A stretch of 64,000 bases of DNA from assembly GCA_964252035.1 (NCBI GenBank), contig OZ176204.1. One strand, given 5' to 3'. The stretch comes from Podarcis erhardii. Taxonomy: Eukaryota. A model generated the notes under the pieces. That model was given only the letters and a program-made list of their open reading frames with translations. It did no database searches and had not been told where the DNA came from. The position numbers and the translations under genes were made by a program. Below, in pieces: positions 49,140 through 61,796 of this stretch (position 1 is the first letter of the stretch; every line of letters begins with the position of its first letter).

Positions 49140-50789
49140 GTTAGTTTCCTTTCCCCACTTACTTCTTTTCATTAACTTTTTCATTCTGCAGGTGCTGCTT
49201 TGATTGCATAATGTCCAGAAATCATCTTTTGAACCAGGGCTCACGCAAACAAATCCTCTTTCGGGACCGGGCCACATGTCCCTTTTTACTGACATGGCGT
49301 CTTCAGGGCCTAAAAAGACACAAGAGCGTATACCTATGTGTTCCAGTGTGCACAGAATCCATTATGTGTCCGTGTAAAAGTCATGTGCTTTTCTGCAGAA
49401 CCCGGGTTGGTATTCCCCAGGTCTCTCGTAATATGCAGCTAAGAATTTTGAAGTTATATGTACATACTTTGTTCATTTCAAACATCTTAACATTAAGAAT
49501 AATGTAGCGGGAAAGGTCCTTAGTTTACTCAGAAGGACTGAAGTATAACTGATGGTGATTTGACTTGTGTGATTGTGGAGGGCATGGAAGCGATGACAGA
49601 GATGCCACCTCTGGAAAGGTCGTCAGTACATGTGGTACATGGGCGGTTGTGGGGTGTGTGTGCCGTGTGGCTGGTAATGTCTTACAGCCTCCCATGCCTT
49701 CCACACAGAAGAACCAGGAAGTATCCAATGGAAATGACAAGAGGAGAACCAGGCTCAAAGACGCTTGAGAGTAATGCACTTTTTATTATTGTCCGGTGTA
49801 TCTTGGCCCAAATAGGCATTACTCAGGGATATTTCTACCATAACCAATCACATGGCAAAATAAAAATTGTTTAGAGTTTTCTTTAAGGAAGGTGATAATG
49901 TCAATTGTTCATTGTTTTTTTTGTAGAAAAGCCACTTTGGAAGGCCTGTTTGGGCCAAAACTCTTTAGCGTCTTTAATATTGGTTCTCCTTTTCTGTTAT
50001 TTCCATGGACTTGACCTCCAAAGCCTGGGTTAGAATATATTTTTAATACAACCACAGTCTTTGCAATAGCTTCTTTGGAGCATTTCCCTCACCCACCCCT
50101 GCTCCTTTAAAAAAAAAATTAATTGTAAACTGAGACATATTTTGAAAAGGCACAATCTTTATTAAAATATACATAAAAGAGGGCATGCAGTCTCTGTTTA
50201 AGCAACTGCTAGATTGCAACAGAAATTGCCAAAAGCAAGGAAATACAAGTTAAGTCTAGCATTCCATTCCTTGTTCATCCCTTTGTGCCTTGTTATTTAT
50301 TGCAGGGAGTTTGGATCAGCGAGTTATGTTACATACCATATGTGCTGCAATAGAAGCTAAGCACAACGTAACAAGCCAGCGATGGAGTGTCAATCTAAAC
50401 TTTGAACTTCCTTGCTTTTGTTGTTTAGTATCTCAAATTTCCTGCGACTTAAACTGCAGTTATTTTTTATGTGAGTCGCAGGTCAAGTTCTCAGATGGAG
50501 AGTAGAAAGTGCACAACACAAAATGCAATTATGTGGGCTTCCGACTGCAAGAACATAGCAGTGTAATTCTTTTCTCCCGTCAGTCAGTAATGTTGGATGT
50601 TCTTGATATCAAATTCTCACAAATGTATGAGGGACCTCAGAAGGCTTTTAAGCAAATCATTTTTCATAAGTTTGAAAAATATAATTCCTCTTTCCCTCAC
50701 ATATGAAAGCACCATGTAAAAACTATTCCGCTTTTGTTGTGTCTCTTAGGTTGGGGAACTGAATTGGATCATTGCTGCGTTTATGTTTG

Positions 50790-50860
50790 CAGTTTATTTG
50801 TAAGCCGTTTAGAGCGACTCCTTTGTGGTGGGGAAAAGCGGGTATAAATCTTTTAAATAA
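50790..50860 (+). mobile_element. L2/SINE 3' tail fragment
   Basis: TTTGTAAGCCGTTTAGAG...GAAAAGCGGGTATAAAT...AAATAA resembles L2-type tails. Confidence 0.45.
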
Positions 50861-51421
50861 GAAATATTTGTTTGTGGGGTGGTGGGGTGCAATATTATTT
50901 TGGGATTTGGGGCAGGGGGCTGGTAAGCCAACTAATTTGTAAGCCAGAGAGAGGGGAGTAGTGGCATTTGCAGGTCTTTTGTAGCTAATGTTGGTTGGGG
51001 TAATATGGAAAGTTATTAAAGAGTGGGCACAAAACCCACACAAATTAAGTGCAAGCAATCTCATGGCAATCCCTGAGACTTATGTTAGTCACAACCCACT
51101 TATTGCTTTCAGGGGGACTTAGGACTTGCCCACACTGGGGCAAATGTGGAATCACACCTTTCCCCCCACTTCAAATGCAGGTCCCGTCCCCCCATCTTGG
51201 CCATTTTGGACTTTCTGGGGACTGAAAAGCCCTGCATTCTCTTATAAGATGATTCCCTGCTGCATACAAACATGCATGTATCATCTAAGGAGAAGAAGAG
51301 TATTCTATGTTTCTTCAGAAACATAACAAATTTATGAAAATTCAATTGATTAATTATTAGTGTGATAAAAACTGCCTTTCCTGATTAGCCAGGGACACAT
51401 TTTTGGCCACTTCGTCTAAGC

Positions 51422-51682
51422 CAGGGGTGTCCAACCAGTAGATTACGATCTACTGGTAGATCCCTGGCTGATCCTGGTAGATCGCGGGATCCTTATTGTG
51501 CACAAAAAGTTACAGGGAAAAGCTAAAAACTCTGTGCAATCCTCCCACCAAAAGATCAACAACTCTGGGCAATCCATCCACCCCACACACATTCCTCCTC
51601 CCTCCAATGACAATTGGTAGATCACTGCCAGTTTTTTTATACTGGGAGTAGATCACAGTCTCTTGGGAACTTGACATGCCTG
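51422..51682. mobile_element. hAT MITE with repeated GTAGATC/GATCTAC motifs
   Basis: Starts CAGGGGTGTCCAAC, ends CTTGACATGCCTG; 8-bp flanks GTCTAAGC (51414-51421) / ATCTAAGC (51683-51690). Confidence 0.75.
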
Positions 51683-53170
51683 ATCTAAGCTATTGGCTGA
51701 TCATTGCAGGCCTACCATATGTGTATGTTTGTGTGAATTTGTGATGCATACATCCAACATCCTGCAGCTCTGCCCTATCTAACCAGCTTCAGCATACCAG
51801 TTTACCAGGAAGCTGGGCTACCTGTATGTAGTAATAGCTTTTGTGTCTTGTGAAAGCCTGATTCGCTAAGGCTGTTTTAAAACTTAGCAGGTGGAAATCC
51901 CAGGCCAAGCACCAGTAACCAATCAGGTTGTGGACTGGCTGAAGGGCCTCTCACCAGCCATGCAGCAGCTTCCCTGCAACACCCTCCTCAGATGGTTTTC
52001 AGAGGTGGCAAATGTAAGCTGAGCCCCCATCCACAGTGGCCACCAGTCATTTCAAGTAACCCAAAATGTCATGCCCCGGCCCATCAATCTATGAAATGGT
52101 ACCCAACTTAACTGCCCTGGGTTTTGAAATCAGTTTTCAATGCTGTGCGTGAAGTTTTTATTAGGCTGAAAACAGTCAAAAGAACCCAGTGTGCATGCTG
52201 AAATAATAACCATACATCTCTCTTGATTATGATCTGCCTTCAGGCTTCATGTTTCTGCAGATATGTGAATAGTTCCCATTTAAAATAATCCTGTAAAAGT
52301 ACTCCAAGTGGTAAGATTTTTAACTCGACACATCCTGAGAAATATGCACTTTCAAATATTTTTCAAGAAATGTTTTTCAGTGTGAACAATGAGGGAGAAA
52401 GCTATCTTGTAATGACTCATAACTGTTTGTGTGAGCACGCTGTTAATTGGTTACAGTTCAGTTTAGCATTACATTTGACTCTGTTTTGTTATGATGGCTG
52501 TAACTGAGTACAAGATGAAATATTATTATTCCTCTCATACATGCTGCTCTAGCACAACTGCAAGCTCCTATCAAAGTGTTGCCCAACCAGGGAAAGAGAG
52601 AGAGGGGGGGAGGGAGGGAGAGGGAGAGATCCAGTTATTAACTATCAGTTTTTCTCCGTCTGCTTTGCTCATCTGTCTGGTATTTTCCTGTAATTGTATA
52701 AGCTCTGGAGGCCAATGTTAGAATTTTCGCAAAAGGGCTAATGATGATATTTGGACTGCAAAAGGCATCTTTTACTTTGAGTTTCTTTGCGGAAAAAATT
52801 ATGGAAGCAGTCACAATGAGTAACGGACACTTTAACTAATAGGAAATAGAAAAACCCAACACATAGGAAAATTTAAAAGCAGCTGCAAAGACGTAAATCT
52901 TGGAGAAGATTGTGATGCATTGGCTGCCTTGCATCCATCTCTCACATGACGCCCTCTAATGCAGCATTTAGATAATAACTTTCCCGATGCCTCCTCTTTA
53001 CAGCTGAGAAAGAGAGAAGCGGGTGGGGTGGGGGGTGTTAACAATAATAATAGAAGAGCTCAGACGTCGCTGCTTTATGACTGCCTTCTACTAAGAGGCA
53101 TGCCGCAAGAGAATGACAGTAATTTGGAAAAGGGTTGTCAGTCAGCTGTATCACAGATGGAGCACTCGAA

Positions 53171-53185
53171 TGACCTTCAAGGTCA
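53171..53185. promoter_or_regulatory. Palindromic nuclear-receptor element containing an NR5A/ERR site
   Basis: TGACCTT-C-AAGGTCA; TCAAGGTCA (53177-53185) is the exact SF-1/LRH-1/ERR consensus. Motif only. Confidence 0.45.
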
Positions 53186-54059
53186 CAGTTCATTCGTCTA
53201 CATAATGGAATGAATAGAGAGAATTGAGTGCACAAGCTTTATTAATGAAGGAGCATAAAGAGATGGAGCCTCATTGGCTATAACTCAGGAAAGCTATATC
53301 TGGAAGAGGGCAAAAATGCTCTTGCTGCATGTTGACAACTTTATTCTAATCTCTAAATAAAAGAAGCCTGAATGAGCCACAACGCCAATTGTTTCCGAAC
53401 GCGTCAGTGAAGCTTTGCTTCCCACCCACCCACAGACTTCATTTTATATATTTTAATAAGGGGGGGTTCATTTGGGTAAGCACTGGTTTTAGTAGTGCCA
53501 AGAGATCAGGTCTCAAATAAGAGAGATCCATTTGTTATCTCTGTTTTTATGATGTTGTTTTACAGTGTTCATGTTGGTTTATACTTTGTGCATGCACCAT
53601 TTTTAAATCCTAAGTAGCTTAGAAATACTTTTTAATAAATAATAAATAAAAGTCAAGTCAAGCATGCTTGGGAGTACGTGTTTTAAATATGGAAAACAAT
53701 CTTAGATGTTTCTAAATGCTATTGTCAACACAGCGGTGATCCTCTTAACTAAAAAATGGCCTCAGCATAAACGCTGCCTGGTCAGCATATCAATGGAGCC
53801 TATTTTTTGCTGCCTGGTAACAAAATAAAACAAAGAATCAACTATGACTTATTAAGACATTTGTAATTATACTTTAATGTTTACAATACTGCCAGGGTAG
53901 ATGTCTGTGTTGAAATGTGATAGTGGCTATTAAAGCGTTTGGTGCTCAACATGATGGACAAGTTTGTTTCCGAGAGATGCCACTATGTCTTGGTTGAGAA
54001 TTTCATGCCTTTCATGCTACAGTGCTTTCTTACACTTCTCCATTAAAATGTTTTATTAG

Positions 54060-56201
54060 GCATCATTGGAACAAGAGAAAGTTCAAGAATGTCCAGACCA
54101 GAAAAGCTCATCTGAGCTAACTGTCGCAGAGGAGATGAAGCTGCCTGTAGAAGAGTCCCAGGTTTCTCCACTAGATGTAACTGGGATGCCGTCATTGGAA
54201 AAGACAGACTTTGAAGAGGTCAGCTCAAACAGTGAGGAAGTCAAGGAGGAGATGTCATGCAAAGATTCTGTCTCAAGTGCTTTGGTGTCCCCAGAAGAAG
54301 ATGAGGTCTTGAATTCCACAGTCGGGAAAATCCCCAGTCAGTCAGAGGACCCAGATGAGCCAAAGCAGGAACAAAGAGTTCACTGTCTCACAGACGACCT
54401 AGAAAGTAGTGCCCAAGAAATTCCATTTAATAACTTTCCCACTATCCAGCTCCCACTTCCAAGTCAAAGTGAGATGGAAGACGATAAATTCCCAGAGATG
54501 GCGGACTACATTGCCAACTGCACGGTTAAAGTGGATCAGTTAGGAAATGAGGACATACACAATGCACTGAAACAGAGTCCCAAAGTCCTTGTAGTACAAA
54601 ATTTTGACATGTTCAAAGAGAAAGAAGTGCCAAGTTCCCTTAATGGTGAGCCTGGTTTCAGCTGCACACCACTGCTCTACTCCAAAGGCAACCCGGGCAT
54701 CATGTCACCTCTGGCAAAGAAGAAGCTCTTGTCACAAGTCAGTGGGGCAGCCCTCTCCTGCAGCTACCCTTACGGCTCACCACCACCTTTGATCAGCAAG
54801 AAGAAATTAAGCAGCAAAGAGGACCTGTTGTCAAGCATGCCACAGGCTTCCCATGCCTCTGGGATGGATGCTGCGGCACTCAGCAGGCCATCTGTGATCC
54901 AACACGTACAGAGTTTCAAACCCAAGAATTCAGACGAGAGGAAGTCTGCTAGTGAAACCTACAGGCACGAACTGCTACTCAAGAAAACTGATTCTGAATG
55001 TTGCGATTTCACCAAACAACACCTGAGTGCTCTGGCCGAATCGTATGCACTAAAGTCGGAAATCCAGGACATGAAAGATAGAATGAACGAAAAAAGGGCG
55101 CTGCACCACTCCCACATGCCTGCTTTCTTGGCAGACTTTTACTCATCTCCTCACCTGCACAGCCTTTACAGGCACACCGAACACCACCTTAATAATGAAC
55201 AGACGTCAAAGTACCTCCACCGAGACATGTATAGAGATACGGAAGCCCTTTCCATGTTCCCTCAACACAAGCACCAAGACAAGCGAAGCTTAAGCTACCA
55301 CCCTCCTCTCCATCAGCCGGAGAAAAAGAGCCCCATGGAAGCCTCTTCTGATGATCAGCCGACAGATCTGAGTCTTCCTAAAAGTACTCCCAAACAGACT
55401 GCAAAAGCTCTGGGGTCATCTTCCCTCTTGCACGCTTCGGTGGAGAGCAAAAGCATATCCCAGTTCCAAGCCTTGAGCGGCCAGCCTCTGAGCATAGACT
55501 GCAACCCCAAAGCTTGTCGTGTTTCTCCAATGACGGTGTCGGCCCCCAAGAAGCACGGCGAGCCTCTTCTCAGGACCAACAAACAGCAGACCCCAAGGAA
55601 GATGGAGGGCATGGCCCACCCCATCCTAAGCCACAAAACCAATGCTCAAACCATTGGGGCAGCTCGGCCTCTGAAGCGCAGCCTGGAGGATTTGGACAAA
55701 GCCATTTCGGAAAAGAAGATCCGAGCCGTCTCGCCCCTGCGCTTACCAAAGGAAGCCCCTGCAAAAGACAAGGGTCTCGAGCAAGAGTCCGAGGGCAGCA
55801 AATCAGCACACGTCCTCCCTCCCAGCGGCATGCTGGAGGGCCACAAGTTTCCCCTCTCCAGCCCCATCTTCACAGGCTTGTACCCAGGGACATTGTGCAG
55901 CAGCCTGAGCAACCGCATCCCAGCTGGGTATTCTCATCCTCTACAATACTTGAAAAATCAGGCAGTGCTTTCTCCGCTAATGCAGCCTTTGGCTCTCCAC
56001 TCGTTCATGGTGCAAAGACAGTTCCTTACGTCCCCTGGAAACTCACAGCAGCTTTACAGGCACTTAGCTGCAGCCACACCTGTAGGAAGTTCATATGGCG
56101 ACCTTTTGCACAACAACATTTATCCTTTGGCTGCTATCAATCCTCAGGCTGCTTTCCCGCCTTCTCAGTTGTCTTCTGTACATCCGAGCACAAAACTGTA
56201 A
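54060..56201 (+). CDS. ARID5B: ARID5B terminal coding exon (human exon 10 equivalent), 713 aa + stop
   Basis: ttttattag|GCA acceptor in frame with ORF 54066-56201; contains MADYIANCTVKVDQLG, GNPGIMSPLAKKKLLSQVSG, FLADFYSSPHLHSLYRHTEHH and ends AFPPSQLSSVHPSTKL*. Spliced short isoform is 2817 nt = 938 aa + stop. Confidence 0.98.
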   Translation, partial: ASLEQEKVQECPDQKSSSELTVAEEMKLPVEESQVSPLDVTGMPSLEKTDFEEVSSNSEEVKEEMSCKDSVSSALVSPEEDEVLNSTVGKIPSQSEDPDEPKQEQRVHCLTDDLESSAQEIPFNNFPTIQLPLPSQSEMEDDKFPEMADYIANCTVKVDQLGNEDIHNALKQSPKVLVVQNFDMFKEKEVPSSLNGEPGFSCTPLLYSKGNPGIMSPLAKKKLLSQVSGAALSCSYPYGSPPPLISKKKLSSKEDLLSSMPQASHASGMDAAALSRPSVIQHVQSFKPKNSDERKSASETYRHELLLKKTDSECCDFTKQHLSALAESYALKSEIQDMKDRMNEKRALHHSHMPAFLADFYSSPHLHSLYRHTEHHLNNEQTSKYLHRDMYRDTEALSMFPQHKHQDKRSLSYHPPLHQPEKKSPMEASSDDQPTDLSLPKSTPKQTAKALGSSSLLHASVESKSISQFQALSGQPLSIDCNPKACRVSPMTVSAPKKHGEPLLRTNKQQTPRKMEGMAHPILSHKTNAQTIGAARPLKRSLEDLDKAISEKKIRAVSPLRLPKEAPAKDKGLEQESEGSKSAHVLPPSGMLEGHKFPLSSPIFTGLYPGTLCSSLSNRIPAGYSHPLQYLKNQAVLSPLMQPLALHSFMVQRQFLTSPGNSQQLYRHLAAATPVGSSYGDLLHNNIYPLAAINPQAAFPPSQLSSVHPSTKL

Positions 56202-59200
56202 ATCCTCCCTTGGAAAACAACAACAAACAACTACATTCCTTTTAGCCTGTGATGTCTTGCAAAATTTAAACAAAAAGCCGATTATTTGTGTTAACCAATA
56301 AGCAGTTTTGTCCCTCATTGCTGAAGGCTTCAGAGTTGATCGAGGGTCAAGCAAGACAGTCGATTCGCCTGGGCTTTGTTTTTTTACTTTGGGCTCCTGC
56401 ATCTACTCCTCCGTGGTCATTTCACATTGCAAAGAAGGTTCGCAAAAGTATCTGTATCATGCGGAAAACAAGTGTCAGAGAAGAGCAAGGGGAACATTAG
56501 GCTCCATCCCCCTTATCTTGGAGGAGAAAAAAGGTGTTTGTTTGTTTGTGCCCCCCCCCCTTAAAAAGAGTGGGTTTTGGAGCATTTCAAGTAGAAAAAG
56601 AGGCAGGTCTGATGAGAGAGAAAGTGGAACAAGCCACTGATCTACGGATATTGCTTCTTTGGGTACCATTTTGTTTTCTGACTTCAGATTTCAAATCAAT
56701 GCAATGTATAGCAGAAACTTCATAGCATTTCATCTTAACACTATCAAAACAGGAAAAGTAAACACTGTCCAATTAGACTTTACATATCTGCTTCAGAAAC
56801 AAAACAAAAGAATCTCCAGCGTCAAGTTCATTTGTATAATTTATGCAAGTTATTTTCAACTTATCCTGTGCTCTGTTTAATTTAAAAGAACAGTCTCTTT
56901 TCATTTGCAACCTCTTTTTGGTAAAAGAAAAAAAGGCGCTGGTCATTGAGGGCTTCTTTTTTTAATGTGTTTATATTTCCCCCCTTCCTTTCCCCCTTTC
57001 TGCTTATGTTTTTAGAGCAGCTTTTTGGGTGGTAATGTCATTGTTTACAAAACAAAAGCATCCATTTTCAATGAACCTTTCCAATGGAGAAGAAGCATAC
57101 TGTAGATCACACAATTGCAGCTGAGTCCAAACATCAGTTCCTTCTCAAGCGACTAGATCCTTCAAAGGTGCTGAGCGTTCCCCTCACCCATCAAAATGGT
57201 TCTCTAATTGTTCATACTTTGCTGTTTTACTGGCCACTGGGATCTGGTTTTCCTGTATCATGGTCTGTGAATTTGTTAAGAATTGTACTTAACCTTATCT
57301 AGGCTGTGAAACTGTCCTGCATACCAGAAAGGAAACATGCTTAGGAGACTGTGCTGGCAACAAGTTACTCAATAACATTGGTGTTCTAAAGAACCTTCAT
57401 TGTGGGCTGTTAAACTATTTCAAGAATTTCAGCCGTTAGGAGAGAAAGAAGGTGAAGCATTTTAGTTAAAGATGGTCTGGATTCCGTGCTGCTGAAGTGA
57501 GATGGGTGAGAACATATAAACGTTCTGAGAAAGATAATAGCAAGGAGCCGTTCCAAATCTGGAAGTCAGTCTTTTGAGGGTCACTTTTGGGCTATGAACT
57601 GGTTGAACTCTTGCTTGGTGGAGTCCTCCTCCAAAGTGCTGAACATCCCACCTTCTTCCAGCAAAGTATTCTGACCATGTGGCTTGGACTCAAAACAAAA
57701 ATGGCAGCTTAATCTACAAACCACTTAAGCCCGATTTTACTTGACTTTGACTCTCTGGTCCTATTGAACAAAAGTTCCATGCCAGTGGCATTTCTGAAGC
57801 CTGAGCCAGAGTACCCTGTTGACTCTCCTGAGAGTCTTCCTGCTGAAAGCTAAAAATTGCCTTGAGATATTTTGCTGGAATGAGCTAGGGTGCTCAGATC
57901 ATTGCAGGGTCAGGACCGCAGCACAAAGGGCAGCAGCTGAAGTATAAAAGGGGATATATTTTGATGTGAGGAAAGGCTCGAAGAGCTGACAGGCATGGCT
58001 CCACCCACTGACTTGCTACTATGCAAGCTTGGAGGCTTTAGAGGAGCACTCAAGGGCCCTTTTAGTGCATGCACACACCCCTTACACACCCATGGGAACA
58101 GCAAGAGTAAGAGTCCTACCCTTAAAGACTGCAGCTGGCTGCTCACTCTCATTTGCTTTGGCCTTGGCTTGTGCATGAGCACCTGAGGTGCAAAAGGGAA
58201 GGTTTCATTCAGCCTGTATTGCTGTTCCTCTTGGGAGGGAAAGGTGTTCAAAGAGCCCTTTGTCAGCGGCTTTGAGTGAGCAGCTGAGGGCTTTCTAGGA
58301 GGCCTTTGCTGAAGCTTCCATTGCTGTTCACGCAGGGACAGAACCTTGGTGTAGAAAACAAGCGCCCAATGTGTGTAATCAGAACACTTGAAAGCTGGTG
58401 CTAAGTAGGAAGCCCCAAGGACCGTGTCCTCTGCCCCCATCTCATATTCCTCTCTGACACCGTGTACCAGCACAAGTGATGTTTCCCACCAGAGAGGGAG
58501 GAAATGTCAGGTGCTGCTGTGAAGCTGGCTTTGTTCAAATCAAAGAAACAATGCCAGCTTCCACTAGTTTTGGTTCCAGTGTCTCTCATGGATTTGCTGA
58601 GTTTCCACCTCCCATTCAGGAAGCATCAAAGGCAGCCCAATATGTTGAGGCTGCCCCATACCTCTCTGCCATGGCAGCCCACTGAGCACTTGGCTCAACA
58701 GTGACCAGCTTGAGTTGGTGGTGGGGCAGGTCCTCCCCATGAGGCTAAAATGCAGCCCCACACCCCAGTCACAAGGTATAATTTGAAGAGTGACAAGTCC
58801 GTAAGTGAAGCTGGTGGGTTTGGGTTTTTTCCTTGGGAAAATCAACCTACAACGATGTGGATTTATTTGGAGGAACCTTTCTGTGTTGGGTCTGGAAGTA
58901 TGGACAGCCACCCAGAGAGGCTGAACTTTTTGAGGCATTTTACAATGTGAAAATCGGTTGTGAGCTGAACCCATCCCAGATTGCAATTCAAATACAGTAA
59001 TAATCAAAACTACTGGAAACTAGTGGAAACTACTTAAGCAACATTGTGCATGCATGCCAAACATCCTATATTGAAATTTCCTGTGATATGAAGCCAACTG
59101 CAATATATAATGTAACCTATTTAATATACAATGGTGGAAAAAACAACAAAATAATAGACATCTACTGTTAAAGATCGATGTTATCTTCAATTTAACGCTT

Positions 59201-60757
59201 TTATGTTCTTGTGGTAAAATTATATGAACTGATGATGCATAAGCAGGCTAGTAGACTTTAGAAGATAAATGTGCCAACGCCGACTTTTGCTTTTCTTTTT
59301 CCTGCTGTGCTCGGAGCATTCAAAAAACAACAACAATCACATTCTAAGTTGATCAGATGCCATAGAGGGCATTATTAGTATACAAAAAAATTGCACTAAA
59401 CCTGACTAATATAATAATCAAGGTGGGGAGGGGGAAGGGAAGTTGGCAGGGTTGTATAAGCCTGCAATGACTGTTAGAATTATGTGCCTGGTTTGGTAAT
59501 CCAGGATGTAATGCATCTCTGATTTGTTTGGGATAATCTGCATGTAGGGTTGCCTGATCCCCCTTACAGTAAGGGATGTCCCTTGTTTTAAAAGGATTGT
59601 CCCTCGTTTTGGAACAGCACACCCTTAGCAAGTCATTTACTGCATGCAGAGGTAGTTCCACATTGCTTACAGTGGTACGCCCCTATCCTACCCCTTTCCC
59701 TCCAGTAGAGAGGGTCGCACTGTGCACAAATCCTCTGGCACATACTTAGCTCCCCACCCTCTTGAAAGGAATGGGGCTGCCCTCCTGCACAGGAGCTATG
59801 CGTGCATATGAGGGTACTTGACTGTCCATTTATTCCAAATCCCACAACCCTAGGATGACTCATTTTTGAAAGTTTGATTTGATAACCATACTGTTAAATC
59901 TTAACCTCGTGTGCTTATTTTGTAAGTCTCCAATTTCAGTTTCATGCATCGTTTTGAAAGTTGTTTGGACAGATCACAGTGCAGGGTTAATTGATTCCCC
60001 ACCCCCCTTTTGTGTGTATTCCTCTTGCTTTTTTCAATAGGAAGATTGGCTTATTTTTAGAAAGCTCACGATGCATTGGCCAAGATGAGGGTAAATGAAG
60101 AGCAATGAGGACATAGCTCATACCATTGGTGGGGTGGATTGCCTAAGAATGCTTTTAAAAAATCCATGATTTCTATTAAGTATTGCATTTTCCACTGGCA
60201 GAAGACTACTTTCTGTGACTTAAATGGGGCTTTGTTTGCTTTGTTTGAGTTCAAGGGGCCTTACTGAATGAAATTGCACAAGTTTTTTTTTGTTATTGGT
60301 AGATTGGTAAAGAAAACAGTTTAATTGGCAACAGAGTGATAAATCTATTTACCATGAGTTGGTCCCAAGAAATGTTGCAATTCCAACTCACTCTGTTCAG
60401 GATTCATTAAAGATTCTGAAGGTTGATGAGATTAAAGACAAAGAAAACCTTTTCCCTCCCCTCTTTTTAGAAGCCATTGACATGAGGAGGGTTTTGTGTT
60501 GGGTGAGGCCTTTTGCAACCAGATTCTCACTTTAGTAATCAGAAGAGTTTCCCAATTCCATCTGAAGCCCAACATAAAGCTAAGAAGTGTTCCTGGCTTA
60601 TTGAACTGCTCCATGAATCCTTAAGCACGCAGGCCGCAAGCCAATGAAACCTGTGACTTGAGCCCTGTTTAATATAGTACCTGGAGTAATGGGATTGTTA
60701 CTGTTTCCATGGTTATTCCACTCCAGGTAACTTCTGCATCAAGAAAAGCTGAGAGTA

Positions 60758-61073
60758 CAGTGGTGCCTCGCAAGACGAAATTAATCCGTTCCGCGAGTCT
60801 CGTCTAGCGGTTTTTTCGTCTTGCGAAGCAAGCCCATTGACGGCTTAGCGGATTAGCGCTATTAGCGGCTTAGCGGATCAGCTGATAAGCAGCTTAGTGG
60901 CTTAGAAAAGGGGGGGGGGAGGGAAAAAACCCCGCAGGAACTCGCAAGACATTTTCGTCTTGCGAAGCAAGCCCATAGGGAAATTCGTTTTGCGAAGCGC
61001 CTCCAAAACGGAAAACCCTTGCGTCTAGCGGGTTTTCCGTCTTGCGAGGCGTTCGTCTTGCGGGGCACCACTG
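60758..61073. mobile_element. Tc1/mariner (Tigger/pogo-like) MITE inside the inferred 3'UTR
   Basis: 22-bp TIRs CAGTGGTGCCTCGCAAGACGAA vs CAGTGGTGCCCCGCAAGACGAA (1 mismatch), TA flanks 60756-60757 and 61074-61075, internal CGTCTTGCG copies and a TTAGCGG array. Confidence 0.9.
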
Positions 61074-61326
61074 TAATTTTGGCCCCATTTTACACGTTAG
61101 CTGGAATGGTGTGATAGTGTAGTTGTTCCTCCACCACTCAGGGAAATGTCTCTCGGGTGATGCCTAATTGTGTAAGCAGCCCTAACTGGGGGTGGCACAG
61201 GAGCAACCAGAGAGGCAGCAGCCGTGCAAGAGTTAAACAGAGCCAAAGTCACTTCTGTCTCACTGTTTTCTTGACTAGTCCCCATATGTTCAAGCTCTGT
61301 CCTATCTGTTGTGTGGCTCACAGAAG

Positions 61327-61338
61327 CCAGTAGATGGC
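61327..61338 (+). promoter_or_regulatory. Candidate CTCF site near the gene end
   Basis: CCAGTAGATGGC matches the first 12 positions of CCASYAGRKGGCRS. Motif only. Confidence 0.4.
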
Positions 61339-61790
61339 CACAGAAATAGGTTGTGTGGTGTGTGCCTTTAAAGGGAGAGCTTGGCTTCTACTCACTCGTT
61401 ATTCCATGTGATCCAATTGTACAGCAATGAGCGTAGTCAAGCCTGGCCCCATTTCAGAATTCGTAATGCTTATAGTGGGAAAAGATTTCACTGATCATGA
61501 GGTCTGCAGTATTGAAACTATCATTATTGAGCACTTAACCGGTGTTAGCTGTAAATGTATTTGATATTTTACATGTATTCCTCCCCTCCCATAGTTTTAA
61601 ATATGGTCTAACAAAGGCAGCATAATCTACTAGCTGTTTATACTTTGTTTTGAGCATTCTTTTGTTGTAAATAGTGTATACATTCTTGTGATTGAAGTTA
61701 TTGTAGCTTATATGCTCTGTAAGGTGATTATTTGTATATAGAAAAAAAAATGGCCCAGTAATATTATATAGTTTTCCCATTTTTTAAAAG

Positions 61791-61796
61791 AATAAA
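61791..61796 (+). terminator. Candidate proximal polyadenylation signal AATAAA
   Basis: Hexamer in AU-rich context. Confidence 0.35.

Noticed and set aside
54066-54068. ORF-track start of the 711-aa ORF as a stand-alone gene
   Set aside because: The codon is TTG just inside a splice acceptor (54060); this is the terminal exon of ARID5B.
55514-56245. 243-codon alternate-frame ORF overlapping the ARID5B C-terminus
   Set aside because: Starts at TTG with no ATG; long off-frame ORFs are common over coding exons. No evidence of use, though a last-exon frameshift would read into it.
57910-58473. 187-aa minus-strand ORF in the 3'UTR
   Set aside because: No recognisable domain or splice context; likely chance.
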